Part shown: positions 63,301-64,000 of the stretch, piece after piece | Layout of the letters: every line of letters starts with the position of its first letter | Numbering within the stretch: position 1 is the stretch's first letter | From: Anthoceros angustus | Lineage: Eukaryota; Plantae; Anthocerotophyta | Direction: 5' to 3' | Length of the DNA stretch: 64,000 bases | Assembly (NCBI GenBank): GCA_010909165.1 | Contig: MU008172.1 | Location: forward strand, 1,240,001 to 1,304,000 | The notes under the pieces: model-generated | Told to the model about the DNA's origin: nothing | The model's database searches: none | What the model saw: the letters and a program-made list of their open reading frames with translations, nothing else | Made by a program: the position numbers and the translations under genes

Positions 63301-63685
63301 CCGCGAGGAGGAGAAGGTAACCACCAAGAAGACCCCTTATTATCTAACGTATGGCATGTCACCTGTGATGCCCGTGGAATTTGAAGTACCTACCTACAGG
63401 ATCATGGAGGATGAACGCATGACTGTAGAGGATAGCCAGGTAGCTAGACTAGAATCGTTCATAGAGCAGGAGGAACGTAGGGAGGATGCTTTAGAGGAAA
63501 CCCAGCGGATTCAGGAACTCAGGAAGGACAGGCATGATGGGAGGTTGAGGAAGCAAGAGACTATCGTGGACGGGGATTTGGTTCTTCTATATGATAGTCG
63601 ATACCTAGACTTTCCAGGGAAGCTTAGGCTAAGATGGATGGGACCTTACGAGGTGGTCGCAGTATACGAGAATGGATCGTGGTAA
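51400..63685 (+). mobile_element. gag-pol: Ty3/gypsy family C gag-pol (non-chromovirus, OTA-like), with most domains present twice in staggered order
   Basis: Gag AFLNRFEGSFAHHTLAKLRT and DWFVSGL; two zinc knuckles CYNCGAPGHYSNEC and CQVCKELGHKMGDPRC (~54765-54890); DSGSES protease (~55710, 57280); RT QDF.KLNEATKKDHHPLPFMD and MEVFLDDFCVFG; RH; INT PFEKWGIDFVGP and ILVATDYCTKMVEA; GPY/F motif LRLRWMGPYEV, stop at 63685. No chromodomain. Confidence 0.93.
61660..62940. repeat. 559-bp near-perfect tandem repeat of a scrambled integrase segment (about 2.3 copies)
   Basis: ORF pairs are offset by exactly 559 nt: 61931/62490, 62254/62813 and 61969/62528. Confidence 0.9.
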
Positions 63686-64000
63686 CCAGTATTGGGAAGC
63701 GGGCGCTCGGGGCGCACGGCTCAAGCGGTCGAGGCCGGCATCCGACCCGGGCGCGCGCGCGCGTACGAAACGGCCGAGGCCGGCGGTAGGGGTCGAGACC
63801 GTTCTAGGCCGCGGCGCCCGACGAGCCGCTCCCTCATGTAAGGGAGCGGCCCGGGCCGAGACGCGCCTACCACTCGACTTCGCATCGAGGCGAGCCGAGG
63901 TCGATCTTTAGAATTGTTGCCTTGTGCAACCACTTAAAAGTCTTTTTCTCTCTTTCACGCCACTTTCGCACTTCAGTTTTCACTTTCACTGCACGCTTGC

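Noticed and set aside
63263-63685. Chromodomain at the integrase C-terminus
   Set aside because: The ORF stops shortly after the GPY/F motif, so this is not a chromovirus.
63825-63850. Hairpin as a Rho-independent terminator
   Set aside because: The context is eukaryotic and there is no adjacent U-tract.

Overview
Eukaryotic, plant-type DNA made almost entirely of nested LTR retrotransposons. The gypsy pol signatures resemble non-chromovirus OTA-type elements; a non-seed-plant or streptophyte host is a weak inference. I see no intact host gene, RNA gene or CRISPR array. Contents: (1) three Ty1/copia pieces, one complete (30758-~42091) with 242-bp LTRs, a tRNA-iMet PBS, a PPT and a partial TSD; (2) a Ty3/gypsy family I call 'C', with two gag-pol internal regions (minus 24.3-30.0 kb, plus 51.1-63.7 kb); (3) a second TG...CA-bounded unit I call 'B'; (4) a MITE; (5) a decayed coding region at the left edge. 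Main result: the family C LTR appears to be 4-5 kb long and to carry a protein-coding ORF with its own TATA box inside U3. The key evidence is a 4,050-bp solo copy (32769-36818) with TG...CA ends and a perfect CAACA target-site duplication that splits the copia protease motif. The same unit also sits directly upstream of the PBS and gag-pol. Family B (about 4.2 kb) shows the same layout. Two related copia elements share an extra ORF of about 200 aa upstream of gag, and the complete copia carries an antisense, intron-bearing, host-like transcription unit in its 3' region. Frequent single-base deletions and staggered near-identical duplications suggest that part of the ORF disruption comes from long-read consensus or assembly error. 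Family names B and C are my own labels. All alignments were done by eye.
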